Assembly (NCBI GenBank): GCA_965208905.1
Contig: OZ242365.1
Location: forward strand, 1,408,001 to 1,472,000
Source of the DNA: Nitrosopumilaceae archaeon
GTDB taxonomy: Archaea > Thermoproteota > Nitrososphaeria > Nitrososphaerales > Nitrosopumilaceae
Direction: 5' to 3'
DNA length: 64,000 bases
Shown here: one piece after another, positions 23,701-33,155 of the stretch
How the letters are laid out: every line of letters starts with the position of its first letter
Position numbering within the stretch: the first letter of the stretch is position 1
The notes under the pieces: generated by a model
Told to the model about the DNA's origin: nothing
What the model saw: only the letters and a program-made list of their open reading frames with translations
Databases searched by the model: none
Program-made: the position numbers and the translations under genes

Positions 23701-25014
23701 TTATATTTTTACTCTAATTTTTCCAGTGAGGAGCTTCTGCATCAATCCTTTCTTTAGACGTTCTAATTTTTTCTTATATTCCTGATTCTTCTGAATGTAT
23801 GCATCAACTCCTGACAGAATTGATGCAATCTTGGTTTGTTCATCTATTTCAGGTATAGGAATTATAAAATTTCTTAGATCTTTTTGTGTGAATAAAGGAA
23901 CTGTAGTACCAGATGTAAATGCTTTACAATATGTTTGAAATGGTTTTGATTTGAAGAACCAATAGAGGAATTCTGGTTTTAACGATTTATCATGCACTCG
24001 AACTGTAACAACATGTGAATTGACTGTAGTTGGTTCTGGAAGTTTTTTTACAAATCCAATTCTTCCAATGTCTCCATCTTTTGCAACTAATACATCTCCA
24101 TTTTGCAATTGAATTTCTGGAGATTCAGAATATCTAAATTGACTCAATCGTTTAATACCTTGTGTAAAATTAATTCCATATAGGATATCTACTAAACTCC
24201 AAACAGATAGCATCAAGAAACCTGATTCAACGTATTCGTCAGAGCGAAGATTTTTCCATCCAATTCTCCCGTGTACTGTGGCAAATATATTCAATCTAGA
24301 TAACTGCCAATCTACAGGAATTTTATAATCTATAAAATGCCTTCCGAAAGTTATCTTTTTGAACTTTATGTGACCAATACCTCTAGTCAGAAGCTGTTGC
24401 ATCAAACCCCTCTTCAGACGTTCTGTTTTCTCTATTACCTTCTGCGTGGATTCAATACATGCGTCAACTCCGCCAAGGATTGATGCAATCTGAACTTGTT
24501 CTGGAAGTGGAGGTATAGGCATAAGTGAATTAGAAACAACGGTACTTGTAATCGCAGGATACGCCATTCCTTCCATTTGTCTAAAATAATTTTCATGAAA
24601 ATAATGACTCTGACAATAATTAAAAAGAAAATGTGGATGACAAGCAGATTTGGATCTTAGAACTGCAAATCCCGTAGAACAAACTATATTTGATTTATCT
24701 ATACTTATTAAAGAAAATGCTTTCAGATATGGGCGCACCAATGATATGATGACATCATCTACTCTTACAATCCTCTGAGCTCTACTAGGACGTTCATATA
24801 ACTGAAATTTTTCTAATTTTGTTGTTTGAAAATTCTTGATGGCTGAGATATCAATATAATCAATTTCATCAAATCTGTAGTCGTTTTGAATCTGTTCAGG
24901 ATTGATTTTTGCAATATCCTGTATGCACAACAGTCTCCACTCTTCTGGAATCTCAATCTCCTTTCCAAAGAGCCATTTTACTTTTTTAAAACTATTGTTC
25001 AGTTTTGTATTCAT
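23701..25014 (-). CDS. hsdS: Type I R-M specificity subunit, copy 2 (complete, downstream of hsdM)
   Basis: Two TRDs, central and C-terminal conserved helices ending LKKGLMQKLLTGKIRV. Confidence 0.95.
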   Translation of the reverse strand: MNTKLNNSFKKVKWLFGKEIEIPEEWRLLCIQDIAKINPEQIQNDYRFDEIDYIDISAIKNFQTTKLEKFQLYERPSRAQRIVRVDDVIISLVRPYLKAFSLISIDKSNIVCSTGFAVLRSKSACHPHFLFNYCQSHYFHENYFRQMEGMAYPAITSTVVSNSLMPIPPLPEQVQIASILGGVDACIESTQKVIEKTERLKRGLMQQLLTRGIGHIKFKKITFGRHFIDYKIPVDWQLSRLNIFATVHGRIGWKNLRSDEYVESGFLMLSVWSLVDILYGINFTQGIKRLSQFRYSESPEIQLQNGDVLVAKDGDIGRIGFVKKLPEPTTVNSHVVTVRVHDKSLKPEFLYWFFKSKPFQTYCKAFTSGTTVPLFTQKDLRNFIIPIPEIDEQTKIASILSGVDAYIQKNQEYKKKLERLKKGLMQKLLTGKIRVKI

Positions 25015-25034
25015 ATGGCCCCCACTACTACAAT

Positions 25035-26516
25035 CTAAACTTTGAACCCCAGTTCCTTCATGTCTTGTATGACCTTGCATTCTAATTCTTTGCGTTCATC
25101 ATTTAACTGATTGAGATCATTTAGAGTCTCCTGAATGTCAATCTCCTCCTCTGGTTCTGATATGTCCACGTATCTTGGGACGTTGAGATTGTACTCGTTC
25201 TCCTTTAATTCTTCAATACCTGCAACATGACAATATCTGTCAACATCTCGAAAGTTACAAAAATGTTTTGCAATCTTGTTAATGTCTTCTTCTCTGAGAT
25301 TGTTCCTATTCTTACCCTCTAGGTATTCTTTTGCCCCATAAATGAAGATTATTTTGTTTTTTCTCTTTGTTGGTTTTTTCTTGTTTAGAACCAAAATGCA
25401 TGCAGGTATGCCGGTACCAAAAAATAGTTTTTCAGGTAGTGCAATGACTCCCTCTATGACATCTTCGTTTATCATGCCTTCCCGTATGTTTTTTTCTGCT
25501 CCTCCACGAAACAAAACCCCCTGCGAGCAGATTATGGCAGCCTGTCCAGTATTATTTAGTTGTGCAAACATATGTTGTATGAATGCAAAGTCTGCTTTGC
25601 CCTTTGCAGGGGGAACTCCAAAACGAAATCTATTGTATGGATCATTTTCTGCGCCCTTGTCATTCCAGTCCATCGAGAACGGAAAATTGGCAAGCACCCT
25701 ATCATATGTCTTGAGAGTGCCCCCCTCTACATGTTGTGGTTTTGCCAACACATCGCCATACTCTATTGTAAAGTTAGGTATTCCATGTAGTACCATGTTC
25801 ATCTTACACATTGCCAAGTTTCCATAGTTGGATTCCTGTCCATCCAGTACCAGATTTCTCGGATCACTGTTTTGTCCCTCTACATGTTTGCGGGACATTA
25901 TCAACATGCCGCCGGATCCGCATGTAGGGTCACATATGCGCATTCCTTCTTTTGGATCTATTATGTTCACTAGTAGATTGACTACCTCCCGCGGCGTAAA
26001 GAATTCGCCACCCTTCTTTTTTGTAGCATCTGCAAACTGCTCGAGTAGATACTCGTATGCGTCACCAAATATGTCCTCTTTTTCAAGATCTGAGTTTCTA
26101 AGTCTGGGTTCGTTAAAATGAGATATGAGATTTGCAAGCTGATCATCAGGATACTTTCTGGGATCCGAATACTTTGTATTTGTCAGAACTCCCTCAAGTC
26201 TTGGATTTGCCAACTCAATCTTTTTGCATAACTCGTCTATCTTCTGACCAACTTTGCGACTCACGCCCTGTAGATTATGCCATCTTGCATCGCCAGGTAC
26301 AAAAAAGTCATGGTAAAATTCCAGATTTGCATCCTCTTCTGACTTGCCTTGACTCAACAATTCTTCTACATTCTCCTCAAACCTGTCATTGAGACGCTTG
26401 AGAAACAACAAAGTCATGACAGGTTGTCTGTACTCTGATGCATCAAGGCTACCACGCAGTATGTCTGATGCCTTCCACAGATGTATCTTGAGTAAGTCTA
26501 GTGTTACATTGCTCAA
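25035..26516 (-). CDS. hsdM: Type I R-M methyltransferase subunit (start uncertain, TTG at 26516 or 26558)
   Basis: LWKASDILRG, GEFFTP, DPTCGSGG, catalytic motif NFPF. Confidence 0.96.
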   Translation of the reverse strand: MSNVTLDLLKIHLWKASDILRGSLDASEYRQPVMTLLFLKRLNDRFEENVEELLSQGKSEEDANLEFYHDFFVPGDARWHNLQGVSRKVGQKIDELCKKIELANPRLEGVLTNTKYSDPRKYPDDQLANLISHFNEPRLRNSDLEKEDIFGDAYEYLLEQFADATKKKGGEFFTPREVVNLLVNIIDPKEGMRICDPTCGSGGMLIMSRKHVEGQNSDPRNLVLDGQESNYGNLAMCKMNMVLHGIPNFTIEYGDVLAKPQHVEGGTLKTYDRVLANFPFSMDWNDKGAENDPYNRFRFGVPPAKGKADFAFIQHMFAQLNNTGQAAIICSQGVLFRGGAEKNIREGMINEDVIEGVIALPEKLFFGTGIPACILVLNKKKPTKRKNKIIFIYGAKEYLEGKNRNNLREEDINKIAKHFCNFRDVDRYCHVAGIEELKENEYNLNVPRYVDISEPEEEIDIQETLNDLNQLNDERKELECKVIQDMKELGFKV

Positions 26517-26611
26517 TATATCTGACAAATAATAGCAGGACTTAATAGAGATTCCCATTTTTCACATGCTTACAATAAAAGACTTTTACAAGTCATTTCA
26601 TATATGACATC

Positions 26612-29599
26612 ATGCATTTTGATGTCGGCAGGGGGGATGAGGCAACAGAATCGGAGCTTCCGGCACTCAAACAGCTTGTTGCCATGGGATACGAATACAA
26701 GACCCAAGCAGAACTAAACAAGACACGACGGGATTTTCGTGAAGTGTTGTTATACGACAGACTGGAAAGGGCAATCAGAAGACTCAATCCAGATATTGAC
26801 GATGATGGAATTAATGATGCCATAATGCAGATAGCAGAGGACTCGTATCCACATCACCTGGACATTATAGACACAAACGAGAGGATCTGGGCCAAGTTGG
26901 TAGAACTCTCAAAATCCAGTGGACTAATTCCCATAGTGGTGACACAGATTTCTGATGGTGAGCCAGTACAGAGAATAGTCAAGGTGTTTGACTTTAAAGA
27001 TCCACAAAACAATGACTTTCTTGTGACCAATCAGTTTCATCTTGATGGATTCAAGCGCCACATACTGCCTGACATAGTTATATTTGTAAACGGAGTCCCA
27101 CTGGTAATAATAGAGTGCAAATCGCCTGCACTGCTTGATCCAATAGTAGAGGCAGTAGAAAAGAAAAACTTTAACAGATATCAGCAAAGAGGCGAGGGAT
27201 ATGAACGGCTCTTCTTTTACAACCATTGCCTTGTGGCCACATGTGGAACCTTGGCAAGAGTGGGAACTGTAGGATCTACTGCAAACCATTTTGCAAGATG
27301 GGCCAAACCACATCCCATGACAGAAGATGATGTGGAGAGCCTCTGCGGCGCAAAGCCACGCGAACAGGAGATCCTTATTGCAGGATTGTTATCCAAGAAA
27401 AATCTGCTTGATCATCTGCAAAACTTTGTACTGTTTGACATCAAGGGAAACCAGCGCGTCAAGATGATTGCAAAACACCAACAATTCCACGCAGTAACGC
27501 AATGCGTAAAAAGACTGAGTGAGGATACAAAAGACAAAGGTGGAGTAATATGGCACACACAAGGATCTGGCAAATCATTTTCCATGTTGTGGTTTGCAAC
27601 ACATCTAAAGTACAAGCTTGACAATCCACCGATTCTCATAATTACTGACAGAAAGCAACTTGACAAGCAGATCCACGAGACATTCAAAAAGTGTGGTTTT
27701 CCAAGCCCGGTCAGGGCAAAGTCCGGACTACATCTTGCCGAACTACTCAAAAACCCGCGCGGAAAGACGATAATGGCTATAATAGACAAATTTGCAACTA
27801 CGGCAGAGCCTTTTACAAAAGATAAAGTGATATGCTTGGTAGATGAAGCACATCGTTCCCAATTCAAGATAAATGCCGAACAGATGAGGGCCGCTATGCC
27901 AAATGCAGTATTTTACGCTTTTACTGGAACCCCAATCACAAAGCCCGAGAAGAACATCTACAAGGTATTTGGACCACTCATTGACAAGTACGGCTTTCAA
28001 GAGTCACAGGCAGATGGTGCAACAATCCCTATAAAATACCAGGGAAGGATGCCACAACTGCATGTAGAAGGAGGGACTACAATAGATGAGATATTTGAAA
28101 GGGTATTCTTTGATATGGATCAGGAACTAAAGGACAAACTCAAGAGGCAGTATGTTACCAAGGGTAAGATTGCCGAGGCCCCATCACGAATAAAACAGAT
28201 AGCACTAGATCTTACAAAGCACTATACAAAGCATATAGAACCCAATGGTTACAAGGCAATGCTTGTCGCACCATCAAGAGAAGCTGCAGTGACATACAAA
28301 AGAGAGCTTGACATGATAAATGCGCCGCCTTCCAAGATAATAATGACATCGTCCTTGGGAGAGAGGGGGAAGGACGATCACAGTTGGGATGACTATTATC
28401 TTTCGACAAAACAACAAGAGCACGAATCAGAGAAATTCAAGAGTCCTGATGATACTACAAAGATTCTCATCGTGGTAGACATGCTACTTGTGGGCTATGA
28501 TGTTCCCATATGCCAAGTATTATATCTGGATCACGGGATAAGGGAGCACAACCTGCTTCAGGCAATAGCCAGAGTGAACAGACCATATGACGATGCAAAG
28601 AAATACGGCCTCATAGTGGATTATTCGGGAATCACAAAAGAGCTGCAGAAAGCCTTGGAAATGTTTGAGAATCAGGATGTGGATGGTGCCTTGACTCCTA
28701 TGGATGAACTTCTTCCCATATTGAAGCAGAGGTACGTTAATGCAATAGCATTCTTTGATGGGGTTGACATGGAAAATACAGGTAAGATAATCGAGCATTT
28801 TGAGTCTGCACATACAAGAGATTCATTTGAATACACTTTCAAGACATTTGCAGCAGCACTTGATTCTGTCTTGCCTAGTAAGGAGGCAGAACCATATATT
28901 GCAGATTTTAAGGCATTAAGCAGGGCACGACAAATAATTAGAACATATTATGAAGGAATAGAATTCAGCATGCACAGCTATGCAAAAAAGATTCAACAAC
29001 TAATAGATGATCACATACACTCCCTTGGCATAAAAGAGCTCATAGAGCCAAGGACCATCACCCATGAGAACTTTCTGGCAACTATACAAGAAAAAATGCC
29101 AGAAAACAAGCGTGCCCAAGCTGCCCTCATACGTAACAAGGCAATTCAGGTAATCGAAGAACTTATGCCAAACAACCCTGCATATTATGAAAGACTGTAC
29201 GAGATGTTGCAGAGAATAATCCAGGATGAAGAGGATAGACGAAAGAAAAATGCAGATTACTTTACAAATCCAGAAGAATATGAAAAAATATACAATAAAG
29301 TACTTGCTGAAGAGGCAGAAAGAAAGAAAATTTTTGGAGATTACGAGGCTACCCAGTTCGAGTTCTCACTGTACAGCAGACTCAATCAAACGCAGAACAG
29401 ACAGGATTCCATTAATATTGTACAAAAGATATACAAAAAGATCAAACCACTTACAGGTCTAGTAGATTACAAGACAAATCCTATGGTCGAGAAAGATATA
29501 AAAAAAATAGTCTACGAGACCCTCAAGCCACACATGAATTATGAACAAATCATGAGTGTTGCAGAAGAGACGATCATGCTGGTGAGGCACAGATTATGA
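26612..29599 (+). CDS. hsdR: Type I R-M restriction subunit
   Basis: PD...ECK nuclease, HTQGSGKS Walker A, DEAH, FTGTP, QAIARVNR. Confidence 0.97.
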   Translation: MHFDVGRGDEATESELPALKQLVAMGYEYKTQAELNKTRRDFREVLLYDRLERAIRRLNPDIDDDGINDAIMQIAEDSYPHHLDIIDTNERIWAKLVELSKSSGLIPIVVTQISDGEPVQRIVKVFDFKDPQNNDFLVTNQFHLDGFKRHILPDIVIFVNGVPLVIIECKSPALLDPIVEAVEKKNFNRYQQRGEGYERLFFYNHCLVATCGTLARVGTVGSTANHFARWAKPHPMTEDDVESLCGAKPREQEILIAGLLSKKNLLDHLQNFVLFDIKGNQRVKMIAKHQQFHAVTQCVKRLSEDTKDKGGVIWHTQGSGKSFSMLWFATHLKYKLDNPPILIITDRKQLDKQIHETFKKCGFPSPVRAKSGLHLAELLKNPRGKTIMAIIDKFATTAEPFTKDKVICLVDEAHRSQFKINAEQMRAAMPNAVFYAFTGTPITKPEKNIYKVFGPLIDKYGFQESQADGATIPIKYQGRMPQLHVEGGTTIDEIFERVFFDMDQELKDKLKRQYVTKGKIAEAPSRIKQIALDLTKHYTKHIEPNGYKAMLVAPSREAAVTYKRELDMINAPPSKIIMTSSLGERGKDDHSWDDYYLSTKQQEHESEKFKSPDDTTKILIVVDMLLVGYDVPICQVLYLDHGIREHNLLQAIARVNRPYDDAKKYGLIVDYSGITKELQKALEMFENQDVDGALTPMDELLPILKQRYVNAIAFFDGVDMENTGKIIEHFESAHTRDSFEYTFKTFAAALDSVLPSKEAEPYIADFKALSRARQIIRTYYEGIEFSMHSYAKKIQQLIDDHIHSLGIKELIEPRTITHENFLATIQEKMPENKRAQAALIRNKAIQVIEELMPNNPAYYERLYEMLQRIIQDEEDRRKKNADYFTNPEEYEKIYNKVLAEEAERKKIFGDYEATQFEFSLYSRLNQTQNRQDSINIVQKIYKKIKPLTGLVDYKTNPMVEKDIKKIVYETLKPHMNYEQIMSVAEETIMLVRHRL

Positions 29600-30126
29600 A
29601 AAAAAACATCCAAGTAATTACTGCCACTATTCCATACAAGATCATACGGAGTGACAGGAGAAGAACATCTGAGATACAGGTAGGGGAGAATGGCATCGAA
29701 GTCAGGGTACCCATGCACAAGAAAGACAACGAGGTCATGGATATGATACATTCCAGACAGCAATGGATCTACAAAAAATATCTAGAATTTCAAACGGAGA
29801 AAAAGGGGTTCAAGAGTAGAGTTGGCAGACCATACATTGAGCGGCGTGTAGATGAGCTTGCAGTAAAGGTAGGTGCCAAACCATCCAAACTATTCATAAG
29901 ACCACTCAAAACAAGATGGGGCAGTGCAACATCAAATGGGACAATCACCATAAACTCTAGACTTTTTAAGGCACCAAAAAGTGTAATCGATTATGTCATA
30001 ATTCACGAGTTGTGCCACCTCAAGATACCGGGGCATTCTAGAACATATTGGAGTCTTGTGGAAATGCACATACCAAACTATATGGAAAAGATAAAATGGC
30101 TGAAAAAATATGGTAGGTTTATATGA
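29596..30126 (+). CDS. YgjP/M48-like zinc metalloprotein associated with Type I R-M
   Basis: RWGS, IDYVIIHELCH, HS..YW; overlaps the hsdR stop. Confidence 0.88.
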   Translation: MKKNIQVITATIPYKIIRSDRRRTSEIQVGENGIEVRVPMHKKDNEVMDMIHSRQQWIYKKYLEFQTEKKGFKSRVGRPYIERRVDELAVKVGAKPSKLFIRPLKTRWGSATSNGTITINSRLFKAPKSVIDYVIIHELCHLKIPGHSRTYWSLVEMHIPNYMEKIKWLKKYGRFI

Positions 30127-30527
30127 TCGTGAATATCATATACACTTTGATCTAACACAAAGGTCTACAAAAACAGATCAAATGATCTAAAAAACAAAAC
30201 ATAGTATTTAGATCATTTAATATGTAAAATTGATTTATAGGTAAATCCACAAAAGAAGGATCTCAAATAAACACTTGCCCAAATTGATATTAAAGTTTAT
30301 GCGTCATAGACGTGCCTGTTGTATAAATAATTATGATCTATCTATACTATTTGTCAAATATTCTAAATGTATAGTAGAATTAGGTGAATTGTAACAGATT
30401 GTATCTGTGAAGACAGGTACGAAAAACCCGAATATTCTAAAAGAGAATTAAATATTTTTCAAAACATGGACTCCAGATATAGTCAGGTGCATAAATAACC
30501 CGACACCTGTTTTACGTCGGTAGGATT

Positions 30528-31652
30528 TTGTCCAAATTTCTGAATAGAATTTTGCGCACCTTAAATCTTATTTCAAGTGATTCGTATATTCGCATGATTT
30601 TTCTTCAGAAATACCTTTTGGCCGGTTGCTTGAAAATTTGTCGTATCTTCGCTTTACCATTACCATTTGGCCGGGTTCAAGAACGGCTACAGACCGTTGG
30701 AGCCGGACTACGACGTCTCAAGATTGACGTTATAGGTGAGGAATACATACACTCTCGAGCAGAAAGTCTGACTAAAATCAAGTGGTATGAAGTTGAACAG
30801 CCAGTAGCGGTTCCGCATATAGACGGAAAGAATGTCGGTAAGGGACGCAAGGTGGACGTTGTCTGGGATTTGGATTCTGACACGCTGTACGTCAAACGTC
30901 TACCGCGACCCATGCTGGCAAACTGTGTGCCGCAAGTAATTGGCGGAATGTTCAACCGTAAAGACATACAAAATGTACTCTATTACAGTTTTGAGCGACG
31001 GCCACAGGACATCCGCGAGTACCTTGAGAATAACTTTAGACTATCCGAGGATGGTGATGAGGGCAGCGTACCCTCACCCAAGCACGAACCCGAATCTACA
31101 CGCACTAGCACCCATACAGAACAAGCCAGTAACACTCCAACAGATAACGATGGTGAGGCATCTACACCCGAGCCTAGATTCAAATCCAGACACACTAGCA
31201 CCCATGCAAAACAGAATAACATTATTACGACTAACAGTAATGATTCGGAATCTGCAGCTGACCGCAAGAAAGTGGAATGTAAGGGGATAGAGTTAGTCAT
31301 AGAGTGTGAGAAGCAACGGAATCCCAACAGCGATATTAAAGATGTGTCCGCTGATAAATGCGGATACGATATTAAATCATCCGACAGATACATAGAAGTA
31401 AAGTCATTCAAGACTACAGGTTCCCCGTCTCTTACAGAGAACGAGTGGAATTTTGCCAAGAATAACAGCTCCAAATGTTGGCTGTATGTAGTGGAGAATA
31501 TATTTGATGATGATATGTCACTTGAAGAGAAAATTATTAGAATAGAAAATCTTGGCGATAAGCAGGTAGAGGTAGCCACTGTCACGTACAAATTTCAAAA
31601 TTGGAATAAAGTACGTAAGGAGGCGAAGCTCGGATTACATTGTAACACCTAA
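30528..31652 (+). CDS. DUF3883 (NOV C-terminal nuclease-like) domain protein, probably an N-terminally truncated remnant; start uncertain
   Basis: C-terminal DVS...GYDIKS..RYIEVKS...LTENEW..A...WLYVV. Confidence 0.65.
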   Translation: MSKFLNRILRTLNLISSDSYIRMIFLQKYLLAGCLKICRIFALPLPFGRVQERLQTVGAGLRRLKIDVIGEEYIHSRAESLTKIKWYEVEQPVAVPHIDGKNVGKGRKVDVVWDLDSDTLYVKRLPRPMLANCVPQVIGGMFNRKDIQNVLYYSFERRPQDIREYLENNFRLSEDGDEGSVPSPKHEPESTRTSTHTEQASNTPTDNDGEASTPEPRFKSRHTSTHAKQNNIITTNSNDSESAADRKKVECKGIELVIECEKQRNPNSDIKDVSADKCGYDIKSSDRYIEVKSFKTTGSPSLTENEWNFAKNNSSKCWLYVVENIFDDDMSLEEKIIRIENLGDKQVEVATVTYKFQNWNKVRKEAKLGLHCNT

Positions 31653-31905
31653 GCAAAGATCATGACGAATTATCAAAAGGTATGCCAAATCCATCAACTG
31701 ATAAAATTGAGAAAATATAGCATGACATTTTACACAGGTTTACCATCATATAATTGTACGTGTTACACAAAATGTATTTGCATTACACGTCTTTACACTC
31801 TATCTTATACCAGTACGTGTAGTGCTACGTAGTTTACACATAATTTTTCATTAAATGTATATGCGCATCACAACTAATTTTAAATGAGTCAACAGAGTAA
31901 CGCGC

Positions 31906-32784
31906 TCACTCAAAGAACGAGTCGTCCACCTCTTTTATGGTGTATGACTCTTTCACTTTGACTCCCAAGTCGTACTCATACATGTATTCGACAAGCTTGG
32001 AACCATCAATCAGTATTATTTTAGATTTTATATCCTTAACATAATCGTACGTCTGTTTCGAAAAGCTGGATGTAGTAATCATGATGCCTTTCTGGGATTT
32101 TTTGCCGTCCAATGATCCAACAAAGCTTTTAACGCGGTCAATCGGCACTGGAGATTTCCATCTTTTAGCTTGAAGATATATGAAACTAAATCCAAGTTTA
32201 TCCTCCCGTATCTCACCATCGATTCCGCCATCGCCTGGCCTCCCAATCACTTGACCATCTATTCCATAATCCATCTTTCTTATGACATCCAACACTAACT
32301 GCTCAAAGAATTTAGGTGAACACCCATTAATTTTTTCAAGAATATCATGCTCCACTGCCTGTTTAATTAACTCATAATTAGTTTCAATTATTTCAGTTGG
32401 TGCTTTAGCATCATCTTCCTCCTTCTCTGACTTTTTTTTACCTGTCGCTTTCTTCCATTCAAGGTATTTGGGTATAACCATAAGGAATTTTCTATCTATT
32501 TTAGCTGGTTTTTTCGAAATGATCATTAATCCGTCTTCGGTGATTGCGTATGTGCGATTTTCACGACTCAAAAGGCCGGCATGTGCAAGTTCAAATAATG
32601 CCCAGGAGGCTCTATTGTAAAGTGTAGTTTGACGACCACTTGGCAATAATTGCTCTTTTTCTTCTTTTGTCAGTGAGAACGACTTGGCCAATTTGTCCAC
32701 TATATCGTAAGTCCTATACTTCTTGTCCTTGTCCTGACATATCTTTAAAATGGGCAGAGTTATGTCGTAAAGACTTGGTATCAT
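31906..32784 (-). CDS. mrr: Mrr-family (Type IV) restriction endonuclease
   Basis: Mrr_N (LPSG...NR..WA...L..AGLL), FFEQLV, GDGGIDG, YLQAKRW, ITTS.F, LIDG. Confidence 0.93.
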   Translation of the reverse strand: MIPSLYDITLPILKICQDKDKKYRTYDIVDKLAKSFSLTKEEKEQLLPSGRQTTLYNRASWALFELAHAGLLSRENRTYAITEDGLMIISKKPAKIDRKFLMVIPKYLEWKKATGKKKSEKEEDDAKAPTEIIETNYELIKQAVEHDILEKINGCSPKFFEQLVLDVIRKMDYGIDGQVIGRPGDGGIDGEIREDKLGFSFIYLQAKRWKSPVPIDRVKSFVGSLDGKKSQKGIMITTSSFSKQTYDYVKDIKSKIILIDGSKLVEYMYEYDLGVKVKESYTIKEVDDSFFE

Positions 32785-33155
32785 TGTCTAAAAACTAATA
32801 TTATGATATTAGAACGTTTGGCGTACTTAGCGATATTTCATAATTCTACATCTTACGACTAAATTATAACATGTTCTCTTACTAAACTATATTGTAGGAT
32901 AACGATGTCATTTCATTACGCCTTTCAAGCATAAAATTTTACGATCTTTTTACATAAAAAAAGTGTATTAAAATTGTTATATTAAATGACGGTGGTTAAA
33001 AGATGTAACAAAAAACCCAACATGACATAACAAGTCAAAGTATGTCTCTGCAAAAAACAACTCTAATTTAATATATTTGAGGATACTGCAAGATTTAATG
33101 CAAAACATCTATCTTACTAACTTGTTTGATACATTTTTGGGATGTGGGAATTGAT

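Larger units (their letters stand above)
22145..23829. repeat. Inner pair of inverted recombination-like sites (22145-22174 and 23800-23829)
   Basis: ATTGCATCAAT(C/T)CTGTCAGGAGTTGATGCA, 29/30 identical in inverted orientation. Confidence 0.9.
21506..24489. repeat. Outer pair of inverted recombination-like sites (21506-21535 and 24460-24489)
   Basis: ATTGCATCAATCCTTGGCGGAGTTGA(T/C)GCA, 29/30 identical in inverted orientation. Confidence 0.9.
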
